Under the pieces are notes generated by a model. It made no database searches. It was given only the letters and a program-made list of their open reading frames with translations, and had not been told where the DNA came from. The position numbers and the translations under genes are program-made. From assembly GCA_051883395.1 (NCBI GenBank), contig JBJETQ010000031.1, positions 1 through 54,803 on the forward strand: 54,803 bases of DNA. The letters are read 5' to 3'. Shown here in pieces: positions 19,567-27,521 of the stretch; within the stretch, counting starts at the first letter, position 1, and each line of letters starts with the position of its first letter. The stretch is from Christensenellales bacterium. Lineage in GTDB: Bacteria > Bacillota > Clostridia > Christensenellales > UBA3700.

Positions 19567-20349
19567 ATGCAAGAAAAATATCAACTCGGATTTATAGGTG
19601 CAGGCAACATGGCAAAAGCAATTGCAAAAGGTATTGTTGCAGGCAAAATACTTCAACCACAACAGATAATAATGACTGACGTTGCCAAAGGAAGTTTTGA
19701 AGGAATAGAAATAATCGACGATAACTCTGTTGCTTTCAACAACTGTAAATACGTCATTTTTGCTATCAAACCGCAAGTTTTTGATAGCATTTGCGACACT
19801 TTTGGCAAAATACAAGCTCAAGCCATTATCAGTATAATGGCAGGTAAGTCGGTAGCCAAAATCAAAGCCGCAACAGGTGTTGACAATGTAATAAGAGTAA
19901 TGCCTAACTTTCCTTGCATGATAGGCAAGGGTATGGCTGCTATCGCCAATAACGATTGCGACAAAGAAGTCAACCAATTTGTTTTTGATGTATTCAACAG
20001 CGTAGGAAAGGCAATTTTCTTAGACGAAGACAAGTTTGACGCTGTTACTTCAATCAGCGGAAGCGGTCCTGCCTATGTGTATTATTTTATCAAAGCTATG
20101 GCGCAAGCAGGGGTAGAAGGCGGACTGAGTTTTGATGAGTCTCTTATGCTTACGCTCCAAACCTTTGAAGGCGCTGTGAAAATGGTAGAAAATTCTTCTA
20201 TCAGCATTGATACAATGATTGACAACGTATGTTCAAAAGGTGGCACTACCATAGAAGCAATAAAGACATTTGACGAAAAGGCGGCAGATGCAGCAATAAA
20301 AGAAGGTATCAAAAATTGCAGAAATCGCAGTAAGGAGCTTAGCCGATGA
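19567..20349 (+). CDS. proC: Pyrroline-5-carboxylate reductase
   Basis: GFIGAGNMA, RVMPN, SGSGPAY, VCSKGGTT. Confidence 0.96.
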   Translation: MQEKYQLGFIGAGNMAKAIAKGIVAGKILQPQQIIMTDVAKGSFEGIEIIDDNSVAFNNCKYVIFAIKPQVFDSICDTFGKIQAQAIISIMAGKSVAKIKAATGVDNVIRVMPNFPCMIGKGMAAIANNDCDKEVNQFVFDVFNSVGKAIFLDEDKFDAVTSISGSGPAYVYYFIKAMAQAGVEGGLSFDESLMLTLQTFEGAVKMVENSSISIDTMIDNVCSKGGTTIEAIKTFDEKAADAAIKEGIKNCRNRSKELSR

Positions 20350-20792
20350 AGAACGTTACGATATATACAGACGGAGCATGCTCTGGAAACCCGGGAATGG
20401 GCGGCTGGGGCGCTGTTTTGATGTACAACGGACACGTTAAAGAGATTTCCGGTTACAACAAGGATACCACCAACAACCGAATGGAGCTGTTTGCCGTCAT
20501 ACAGGCGCTCAGACAGCTCAATCAACCTTGCTACGTGGAGATTTATACCGATTCGGCTTATGTTTGCAATGCTTTTGAAGAAGGGTGGATAAAACTATGG
20601 CAAGATAACGACTGGAAAACAGCGTCAAAATCAAAAGTAAAAAACGACGACCTATGGAAAATGCTTCTTATAGAACTCTCCCGACACGAATACAAGTTTT
20701 TTAAAGTAAAAGGACATGCTGACAACGAGTATAACAATCGCTGCGACCAGCTTGCAACGGGAGAAATCAAAGCTCATCAGAATTCAGACTAA
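20346..20792 (+). CDS. rnhA: Ribonuclease HI
   Basis: YTDGACSGNPG, TTNNRMEL, TDSAY, VKGHA..N..CD.LA. Confidence 0.97.
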   Translation: MKNVTIYTDGACSGNPGMGGWGAVLMYNGHVKEISGYNKDTTNNRMELFAVIQALRQLNQPCYVEIYTDSAYVCNAFEEGWIKLWQDNDWKTASKSKVKNDDLWKMLLIELSRHEYKFFKVKGHADNEYNNRCDQLATGEIKAHQNSD

Positions 20793-20817
20793 AAAAGCCG
20801 CTATTACAGCGGCTCTT
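20791..20817. terminator. Bidirectional terminator between rnhA and the PadR gene
   Basis: AAAAAAGCCGCT-ATTAC-AGCGGCTCTT. Confidence 0.75.
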
Positions 20818-20825
20818 AATTTTGT

Positions 20826-22097
20826 TCAATTAATATGGAAATATTTTGATTTAAACAATAAGTCATATACGACAATACTCAAAGGAATATTTATCAACAT
20901 CACCAACGGAACAATGATTGGTTTGACAGTTGTTGCCGGCTCCTGGAAATTTGCTCCGCCGGCAAAATATCCTACAATTACTATAATGACTATCAGATTT
21001 ATTACCAAAATCAATGAGTTGATAAGAGCAGTCTTAACGTTAAATGCCGCCAGCGAGCGTTTATTTGGTGCCAGCCACATTTTTATACCGACAACAATCG
21101 GTGCGGCAACGCAAGCCAAAATACACAATACCAACGGAGTAACCGACGTGTAATTGAGCGTAAAATGCGCAACCATTATTTCGATAAAAAAGAGTATCGA
21201 CATAATTGCTACGGTAAAAAACAAGAGTTTATTTGGCTTATAATATTTGCCTACGTAGTATTCGGTTGTATTCTTCTTGACGTAAGGTCTGATAGTGTAG
21301 CCTTCGGTGGCAAATTTATTTTTCAATTCACTCAGCGTCAAAAAGTCAAAATCGTCGTCGTTGACAACTGCCGTCGGTTCAATGACTGAACCGCCAGATT
21401 TGGTATAAAGACTTTCAAAGCTCGAAATATAATTTACGTTTGAATTTTCGCTCATTGTAGGCATATCAGGCAAAACGGTAGGTTCAGGTTTCTGAGCTTT
21501 TGCAACAGCGTCAAAACTAAATGATTCTTCAAAGGTATTGTTGTGCTGCGGAGCATAAGAAATCTGTGGTTGAACAGCAGGTTGAGCTTCTTGCTGACGA
21601 ACCGCTTGCGGCTCAGGCATATTTACGATTTCTTCATCTTCCGAAGAATCTTGTAATTGAGCAAAAGAATTATCAGCTATCGTCTTAGGTGCAGAAGGTT
21701 GTCTCTTTGTCATAGGTCTGAGCGCCGAAGCGTCAAATGGCGGAGCAGTATTGGGGTCGTACTTTTTGTCAGAAAGTAAATTGTCTATTATCGTACGGCT
21801 GTATTCCCATTGATACTGGTCAGTCAGAACAAAATTTTTGCCTGCTTCCGAAAGAGTATAATAGACTCTTTGCGCACCGTTTGACATTGCCCCTTTATAA
21901 GAGCTTATATAGCCCAATTTTTCTAGTCTTTTGAGACAGCTGTAAAGAGTAGGCTGTTTGAGAGTGTACAAACCTTGACTTTTTTCTTTGATTTCATTGA
22001 GAATTTCCAAGCCGTATTTATCTTCATTCAAAAGAGAACGAAGAATAATTGTATCGACGTGGCTTCTTATCAAGTCAATGTTTGCATTGTTGTCCAT
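20826..22097 (-). CDS. PadR-family wHTH protein with long polar linker and C-terminal membrane domain
   Basis: IIL..L...DKYGLEI, TLYSCLKRLEKLGYI, RVYYTLSEAG; about 4 hydrophobic helices at the C-terminus. Confidence 0.82.
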   Translation of the reverse strand: MDNNANIDLIRSHVDTIILRSLLNEDKYGLEILNEIKEKSQGLYTLKQPTLYSCLKRLEKLGYISSYKGAMSNGAQRVYYTLSEAGKNFVLTDQYQWEYSRTIIDNLLSDKKYDPNTAPPFDASALRPMTKRQPSAPKTIADNSFAQLQDSSEDEEIVNMPEPQAVRQQEAQPAVQPQISYAPQHNNTFEESFSFDAVAKAQKPEPTVLPDMPTMSENSNVNYISSFESLYTKSGGSVIEPTAVVNDDDFDFLTLSELKNKFATEGYTIRPYVKKNTTEYYVGKYYKPNKLLFFTVAIMSILFFIEIMVAHFTLNYTSVTPLVLCILACVAAPIVVGIKMWLAPNKRSLAAFNVKTALINSLILVINLIVIIVIVGYFAGGANFQEPATTVKPIIVPLVMLINIPLSIVVYDLLFKSKYFHIN

Positions 22098-22238
22098 AAA
22101 TACACCTCAACAAAATAATACATTATTTTCAACAAAAAATCAACCTTTATTATAATAATAAAGCAGAGTAGTTAAATTACTGCATCTTATTAAAATTATA
22201 TTCTATCAAAATCATCGGACAATATCGTCAAAATTGTT

Positions 22239-22268
22239 AAAAAAAGGTCTCGCTTTTGACGAGACCTT
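22239..22268 (-). terminator. Terminator of the hypothetical gene 22278-22667
   Basis: AAGGTCTCG-N7-CGAGACCTT with T7 on the minus strand. Confidence 0.75.
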
Positions 22269-22277
22269 TATATTAAG

Positions 22278-22667
22278 TTATTTTCTTGATCTTGAACCAA
22301 CCTGCTTCTTAATTCTCTTTGTTGGTATCATCAAAATGATGAAGAAGATAATGAGATATACGATTGGGCTGGTAGCCGTGCTTTGCGTAGCGTCATTGTT
22401 ATTTAAATATTCGTCGGTCGCATTGAACACAATGCCGGAACCTGCATCACCTTTTACATAAGCAATATTGATGCCTACAAAAGGAATAGTATCGTAAGTA
22501 ACTGATTCGATTTTACCGGCTTCAACAGAGTCGCCTGTGCCTGACATGTCAAAAGATGCAATAGCAATACTACCGTCATTAAATCCAATTACGTTATATT
22601 CCAATGCAAAACTTGCAACAAGTAATACGATAAGTATCAATTTGAACAATATTTTCAAAAATCTCAT
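22278..22667 (-). CDS. Hypothetical membrane protein (N- and C-terminal TM segments)
   Basis: RBS AAGGAG, own TTGACA..TATAAT promoter and terminator; two hydrophobic segments and a basic tail. Confidence 0.7.
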   Translation of the reverse strand: MRFLKILFKLILIVLLVASFALEYNVIGFNDGSIAIASFDMSGTGDSVEAGKIESVTYDTIPFVGINIAYVKGDAGSGIVFNATDEYLNNNDATQSTATSPIVYLIIFFIILMIPTKRIKKQVGSRSRK

Positions 22668-22997
22668 AATAAATCTCCTTGCTTCATTTCATATTTATAT
22701 TATAATACTATTAAAAATTATGTCAATAATCTAGCCAAAAATTATAAAAATTTTTGAACATTATGCACTATTTTTGTCGCTTTTTATCAGCAGGGTATAG
22801 AGTAAAATTCAAAAAATAATCAATTAAATAATCTTAGAATAACCTTATAACCATTAAAAGCGAAAATGAAATTGGTTGTCATAAAAATATGTATGATTAT
22901 ACTATCATTTAATAAAATTATTGACAAAATTTATTTCATTGTCAAAAGGGGACAGAGTGTTATTTGTCGTATTTTGAGAAAATAGTGATACAAATAT

Positions 22998-23027
22998 CTA
23001 TTCGCAAAACACAACCTTTGCGAATAG
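22998..23027. other. Candidate dif-like recombination site (11-8-11 perfect inverted repeat)
   Basis: CTATTCGCAAA-ACACAACC-TTTGCGAATAG in an AT-rich intergenic region about 300 bp upstream of a lone tyrosine recombinase. Confidence 0.6.
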
Positions 23028-23296
23028 TAAGTGGATAATTATTATAAATTAATCAAAATATGATAATTATTTTTCGATATTTATAATTGAATATTATATT
23101 GTTGCTTTTAATTAATATTATTGTTTGACAAGTCTATAAATGCTCTGAAAATTATTTTATTATTCATTTTACATACAATTTGCCCTTCAAATTCTGTAAT
23201 TCGATTTTATCCAAGCAATACGTTATAGTGGTCAAATTTTATGGCGTTGTGATTTGTCAAAAATTGCAATCAAATGAATAATCGGTCGTTTAGTTA

Positions 23297-23325
23297 TTGA
23301 AGTTTGACGATTGATGTGGTATAAT
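23297..23325 (+). promoter_or_regulatory. Sigma-A promoter of the recombinase (probably leaderless)
   Basis: TTGAAG-17 nt-TATAAT with extended TG, then 6 nt to ATG 23332. Confidence 0.65.
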
Positions 23326-23331
23326 TTAGCT

Positions 23332-24399
23332 ATGGACAATGATTCTTATTTTGAACAAAGAAAAATAAACACAATAACTAAGTTAAGGGAAATCAAAATG
23401 CAACTTCCCTTTATTTGCAACGAATATTTTATGGGAATTCAGAACAGCACGTCAGAACTTACTCAGTTGGGATACGCATCTGATTTGAGATTGTTTTTTG
23501 AATTTTTGACCACACAGATATTGGAATTTCAAAATGTGAATATACGTTCGTTTAATTATCAAAATCTGCAAGACGTAACTACGACACATATCGAGATGTT
23601 TCTCGAATACGTTACTTACTACGAGTCTGACGGTAAATCTCACCACAATTCTTTGAAGACAAAAGCTAGAAAATTAGCTTCTTTGAAGTCATTTTTTAAG
23701 TATAATTACAACAAAAACAACATATTTTGCGATCCTGCCGCCAAAGTTATGACGCCAAAACTACTGGAAAAACCGATAATTCGCCTTGACGTAAACGAAG
23801 TGGTCGAATTACTCAACGCAGTTGAAGATGGCGAAGGTTTGTCCCGTCAACAGCAGACTTATCACAATCGTACAGCTAAGCGAGATTTAGCAATTATGAC
23901 CTTGTTTCTTGGCACCGGAATAAGAATTTCCGAACTTGTAGGACTCAATATTGACGATATTGATTTTACCAACAACGCATTCAAAATAACCCGAAAAGGC
24001 GGCAATCAGACAATTTTGTATTTTGGGGACGAAGTTGCCCAAGCTTTGTTGCAATATCTTGACGAACGAGCAAAAAATCAGCAGCAGGACCAACAACCTG
24101 CATTGTTTTTATCATTGCAAAACAAGCGTATCAACGTACGTACAGTCCAAAACTTAGTTAAAAAATACGCTAAAATCGTTACTCCGCTCAAACATATTAC
24201 TCCGCACAAACTTCGTAGCACTTACGGCACTACCCTGTATCAAAATACCAACGATATATACGTAGTTGCCGAAGTTTTGGGACATAAAGACATCAATACT
24301 ACAAAAAAACACTATGCTGCAATAAGCGACGAAATAAAACGTGCCGCATCCAAAAAGGTTACTTTGCGTGATAACGTCGAGCAGGAAAAGAGCGAATAA
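23332..24399 (+). CDS. Tyrosine recombinase, XerS/XerC-like
   Basis: Catalytic R (GIRISEL), K (TRKGG), HKLR, LGH and Y (KHYA); about 355 aa; adjacent to lexA with no phage genes. Confidence 0.9.
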   Translation: MDNDSYFEQRKINTITKLREIKMQLPFICNEYFMGIQNSTSELTQLGYASDLRLFFEFLTTQILEFQNVNIRSFNYQNLQDVTTTHIEMFLEYVTYYESDGKSHHNSLKTKARKLASLKSFFKYNYNKNNIFCDPAAKVMTPKLLEKPIIRLDVNEVVELLNAVEDGEGLSRQQQTYHNRTAKRDLAIMTLFLGTGIRISELVGLNIDDIDFTNNAFKITRKGGNQTILYFGDEVAQALLQYLDERAKNQQQDQQPALFLSLQNKRINVRTVQNLVKKYAKIVTPLKHITPHKLRSTYGTTLYQNTNDIYVVAEVLGHKDINTTKKHYAAISDEIKRAASKKVTLRDNVEQEKSE

Positions 24400-24462
24400 A
24401 ATTTAGCTGCTTATATCACTTTGAATAAATCGGATAAAATTTTAAAATATTATAATTTTTAT

Positions 24463-24498
24463 TTGATTTTTAATCAAAATATATTGATTTTTAATCAA
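24463..24498. repeat. Tandem pair of palindromes TTGATT-TTT-AATCAA
   Basis: Identical 15-mers at 24463-24477 and 24484-24498. Confidence 0.8.
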
Positions 24499-24554
24499 AT
24501 TATATGGGTTTTAAGATAGCATATGAAAATTTTTATAATATATTAAAATATTTG

Positions 24555-24583
24555 TTGCAAAAAACAAACGTATGTGCTAAAAT
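24555..24583 (+). promoter_or_regulatory. lexA promoter with possible degenerate SOS box
   Basis: TTGCAA-17 nt-TAAAAT with extended TG; AAAC-GTAT-GTGC in the spacer vs the Firmicute GAAC-N4-GTTC. Confidence 0.55.
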
Positions 24584-24601
24584 CTGATTAAGGAGAAGAT
24601 T

Positions 24602-25234
24602 ATGGCATACTCAAAATCTGCTCAGAAATTGGAGCAAACGTATCAATTTATCAAAGATTTTGTCTCGAAAAACAATTATCCGCCTAGCGTCAGAGAGATT
24701 TGCAGCGTTGTCGGTTTTAAGTCTACGGCTTCGGCACAATATTATCTTACCAGACTCGAAGAAAGCGGTCTGATACGCAAATCGGGCGGCAAAAACCGCA
24801 CAATTGAGATTGTATCCAATGACAAAATTCACGACTCCAAAGACGATAAAGTGCCGTTTTTGGGCAATATTGCGGCAGGCGAACCTTTGCTTGCTGCCGT
24901 TGAAGTTGATCAGGCTTACTCTCTCCCAAGCGATTTTTTCCGATATGACGACCATAGTTTTTTGCTCAAAGTCAAAGGAAGTTCAATGATTGACGCCGGC
25001 ATACTTGACGGAGATATGGTGCTTATCAACGCCCAAAACGACGCTAAGAACGGCGATATAATTGTCGCTCAAATCAACAACGAAGAAGTTACGCTCAAAA
25101 GATTTTTCAAAGAAAAAGACTATATAAGGCTTCACCCGGAAAATAGTTTTATGCAAGACATCATAGTTGGTCAAGACGAACAATTCAGAGTTTTGGGAGT
25201 AATATCTGGTTTGTTGCGCAACAAGTTCAGATAA
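24602..25234 (+). CDS. lexA: SOS repressor LexA
   Basis: YPPSVREI HTH, AAG cleavage site, GSSM catalytic Ser, TLKR catalytic Lys. Confidence 0.96.
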   Translation: MAYSKSAQKLEQTYQFIKDFVSKNNYPPSVREICSVVGFKSTASAQYYLTRLEESGLIRKSGGKNRTIEIVSNDKIHDSKDDKVPFLGNIAAGEPLLAAVEVDQAYSLPSDFFRYDDHSFLLKVKGSSMIDAGILDGDMVLINAQNDAKNGDIIVAQINNEEVTLKRFFKEKDYIRLHPENSFMQDIIVGQDEQFRVLGVISGLLRNKFR

Positions 25235-25285
25235 TTTTCATTGAAGTAAATGTTTTACTTTTAGACAGACAATAAGATAGACAAT

Positions 25286-25316
25286 AAAAAATTCACCGTT
25301 CAGGTGAATTTTTTTA
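25286..25316. terminator. Bidirectional terminator lexA/ynbB
   Basis: AAAAATTCACC-GTTCA-GGTGAATTTTT. Confidence 0.85.
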
Positions 25317-25357
25317 TCATTTTTGACGCTAAATTGCAACATAACGTTATCGACATA

Positions 25358-26596
25358 TTAGCCTTTAATATTCAAAATTTTATCCAGACAATACAAAACA
25401 GCAAGTTTGCCATGTTGATACGTCAGTCCACCCTGAACGTAAGCAATATATGGCTCTTTGATTGGAGAATCGGCAGACAATTCTATGCTAGCTCCCGCCA
25501 CAAAAGTACCTGCCGCCATAATCACTTTGTCTTCATATCCCGGCATATCCCACGCATAAGGAACTACGTTGCTGTCAATAGGAGAAACTTCCTGTATAGA
25601 ACGCACAAACGCCACCAATTCATCTTCGGTATCAAATCTTATCGACCTGATAATATCGTTACATTTTGCGCTGGGTTGCGGCATAGTCTGATAACCTGCA
25701 TCACAAAAAACCTGTCCGAAAAGCAGCGAAGTCTTTACTGCTTGCGCCACGGTATGCGGAGCCATAAATAGACCTTGATAAAAATCTTTGTATCCGTAAG
25801 CATAACTGCCAACTTCCATACCGATAGACGGAGCTGTAAGTCGGCAAGCAATTTTATCGATAAGGTCGGCTCTGCCACAGATATATCCGCCTGTTGGAGC
25901 AATACCGCCACCGATATTTTTGATAAGCGAACCGGCAACGACGTCGACGCCGACGGCAGTCGGTTCGATTTTGTCAATAAATTCGCCGTAACAGTTGTCG
26001 CACATCACTACCGTATTGCTATCTATACTTTTGACAAACCGTGCCAATTTTCCTATCTGTTCAACTGTCAGAGCGTCCCGCCATTCATATCCTCTCGACC
26101 TGCCAACAAACACAAGCTTTGTCTTGGTTTGTAAGGCATTTCTGATGCCTTCATAGTCAAAATCGCCGTCATTAAGCTCAACCTGACCGTATTCTACTCC
26201 CAAATCTTTGAGCGAACCGATTCCTTCACCGCCAATTACAGTCTGCAAAGTATCGTAAGGACTACCGGTAACCGAGAGCATTTTGTCGCCTTTTGCCAAA
26301 ATTCCGAACAAAGTGAGCGATAGCGCATGTGTACCCGAAACGATGAGCGGACTTACGATTGCGCTGTCGGTATCAAACAACTCGGCAAACACTTTACAGA
26401 GCGTATCACGACCGATATCGTCGTATCCGTATCCGTTGGTTGGTGCAAAGTGTCTTTGTCCAAGATTGTTATTTTTGAAGGCTTGAAGCACTCTTGCCTG
26501 ATTGACAAAAGCCACTTCGTCTACGTATTCGAATTGTTTTTTCAGTTTTTCTTCCGCCGCCGCAACAATGCTTTTGGCTCTTTCACAAAATTCCAT
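25358..26596 (-). CDS. ynbB: YnbB-type PLP enzyme (methionine gamma-lyase family, 'aluminium resistance protein')
   Basis: GYGYDDIGRD, SGTHAL, DNCYGEF, AGSLIKNIGGG, MAAGTF..GASIELSAD; start may be 26614. Confidence 0.92.
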   Translation of the reverse strand: MEFCERAKSIVAAAEEKLKKQFEYVDEVAFVNQARVLQAFKNNNLGQRHFAPTNGYGYDDIGRDTLCKVFAELFDTDSAIVSPLIVSGTHALSLTLFGILAKGDKMLSVTGSPYDTLQTVIGGEGIGSLKDLGVEYGQVELNDGDFDYEGIRNALQTKTKLVFVGRSRGYEWRDALTVEQIGKLARFVKSIDSNTVVMCDNCYGEFIDKIEPTAVGVDVVAGSLIKNIGGGIAPTGGYICGRADLIDKIACRLTAPSIGMEVGSYAYGYKDFYQGLFMAPHTVAQAVKTSLLFGQVFCDAGYQTMPQPSAKCNDIIRSIRFDTEDELVAFVRSIQEVSPIDSNVVPYAWDMPGYEDKVIMAAGTFVAGASIELSADSPIKEPYIAYVQGGLTYQHGKLAVLYCLDKILNIKG

Positions 26597-26606
26597 AATC
26601 TTTCCT

Positions 26607-27521
26607 TTATTCATTTGCCCATTCTAAGGTGTTGTTCATCGCTTGATCATACTGAGTTTCTGCGTCGTACCATATAGCCGATTTATATCTTTTCAACCAG
26701 CTTATTTGTCTTTTTGCATAGTGTCTTGAATTGATTTTAATTGTTTCTTTTACTTCTTCAAGACTTGTTTTTCCTGCAAAATAATCTTCAAATTCCTTAT
26801 AGCCGATTGCTTGCATACTCTGACAACCAAAGTCTGCAACCGAGTTGTTGACAATATCAGCCACTTCTTTGGCAAGTCCGCACTCGAACATCTCGTCGAC
26901 ACGTTGGTCAATTCTTTTGTACAAACTTTGTCTGTCCCTGTTGATTACTACCAATCTAACGTCGTATTGGTCATTGAGTATTTTTTCTTGTTTGTCCGAC
27001 TTAATCTGACCGGTAGTATAATATATTTCCAAAGCTCTGAGCAATCGCTTAGTATTGTTTGGATGTATTTTTTTTGCTTCTTCCGGGTCAATACTCGACA
27101 AAATATCGTGCATTTTTTCAGCGCCTTCGATAGCCAGTTGCTCATTGAGACGTTGTCTTAATTGTTCGTCGCCGTTGCAAAAAAATGAAAATTTGTACAG
27201 CAATGAATCGATATATAGTCCTGTTCCGCCAACAATGACGGGAATTTTGCCTTGCGCATGCAAGTCGTCAATTATTTTTACAGCCATTTGCCGCCACTCG
27301 CTCACGCTGAAACTTTCGCTTGGCATAGCAACGTCAATGAGATGATGTCTTATTCCTTGCATTTGTTGAGCAGTAATTTTTGCCGTACCGACGTCAAGTC
27401 CCTTATAAATTTGCATACTGTCGCAAGAAATAACTTCCGTATTCAATTTCTTTGCCAACTCGACGCCAAAACCGCTCTTGCCGCTTGCAGTCGCTCCACC
27501 TACGACGATGATTTTATTCAT
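26607..27521 (-). CDS. miaA: tRNA dimethylallyltransferase
   Basis: GATASGKS, DSMQIY, GGTGLY, IGYKE, YAKRQISW. Confidence 0.97.
   Translation of the reverse strand: MNKIIVVGGATASGKSGFGVELAKKLNTEVISCDSMQIYKGLDVGTAKITAQQMQGIRHHLIDVAMPSESFSVSEWRQMAVKIIDDLHAQGKIPVIVGGTGLYIDSLLYKFSFFCNGDEQLRQRLNEQLAIEGAEKMHDILSSIDPEEAKKIHPNNTKRLLRALEIYYTTGQIKSDKQEKILNDQYDVRLVVINRDRQSLYKRIDQRVDEMFECGLAKEVADIVNNSVADFGCQSMQAIGYKEFEDYFAGKTSLEEVKETIKINSRHYAKRQISWLKRYKSAIWYDAETQYDQAMNNTLEWANE

Noticed and set aside
23332-24399. Recombinase as a prophage or ICE integrase
   Set aside because: No phage or conjugation genes, no att repeats or adjacent tRNA; housekeeping lexA-ynbB-miaA context fits a chromosomal Xer-type enzyme
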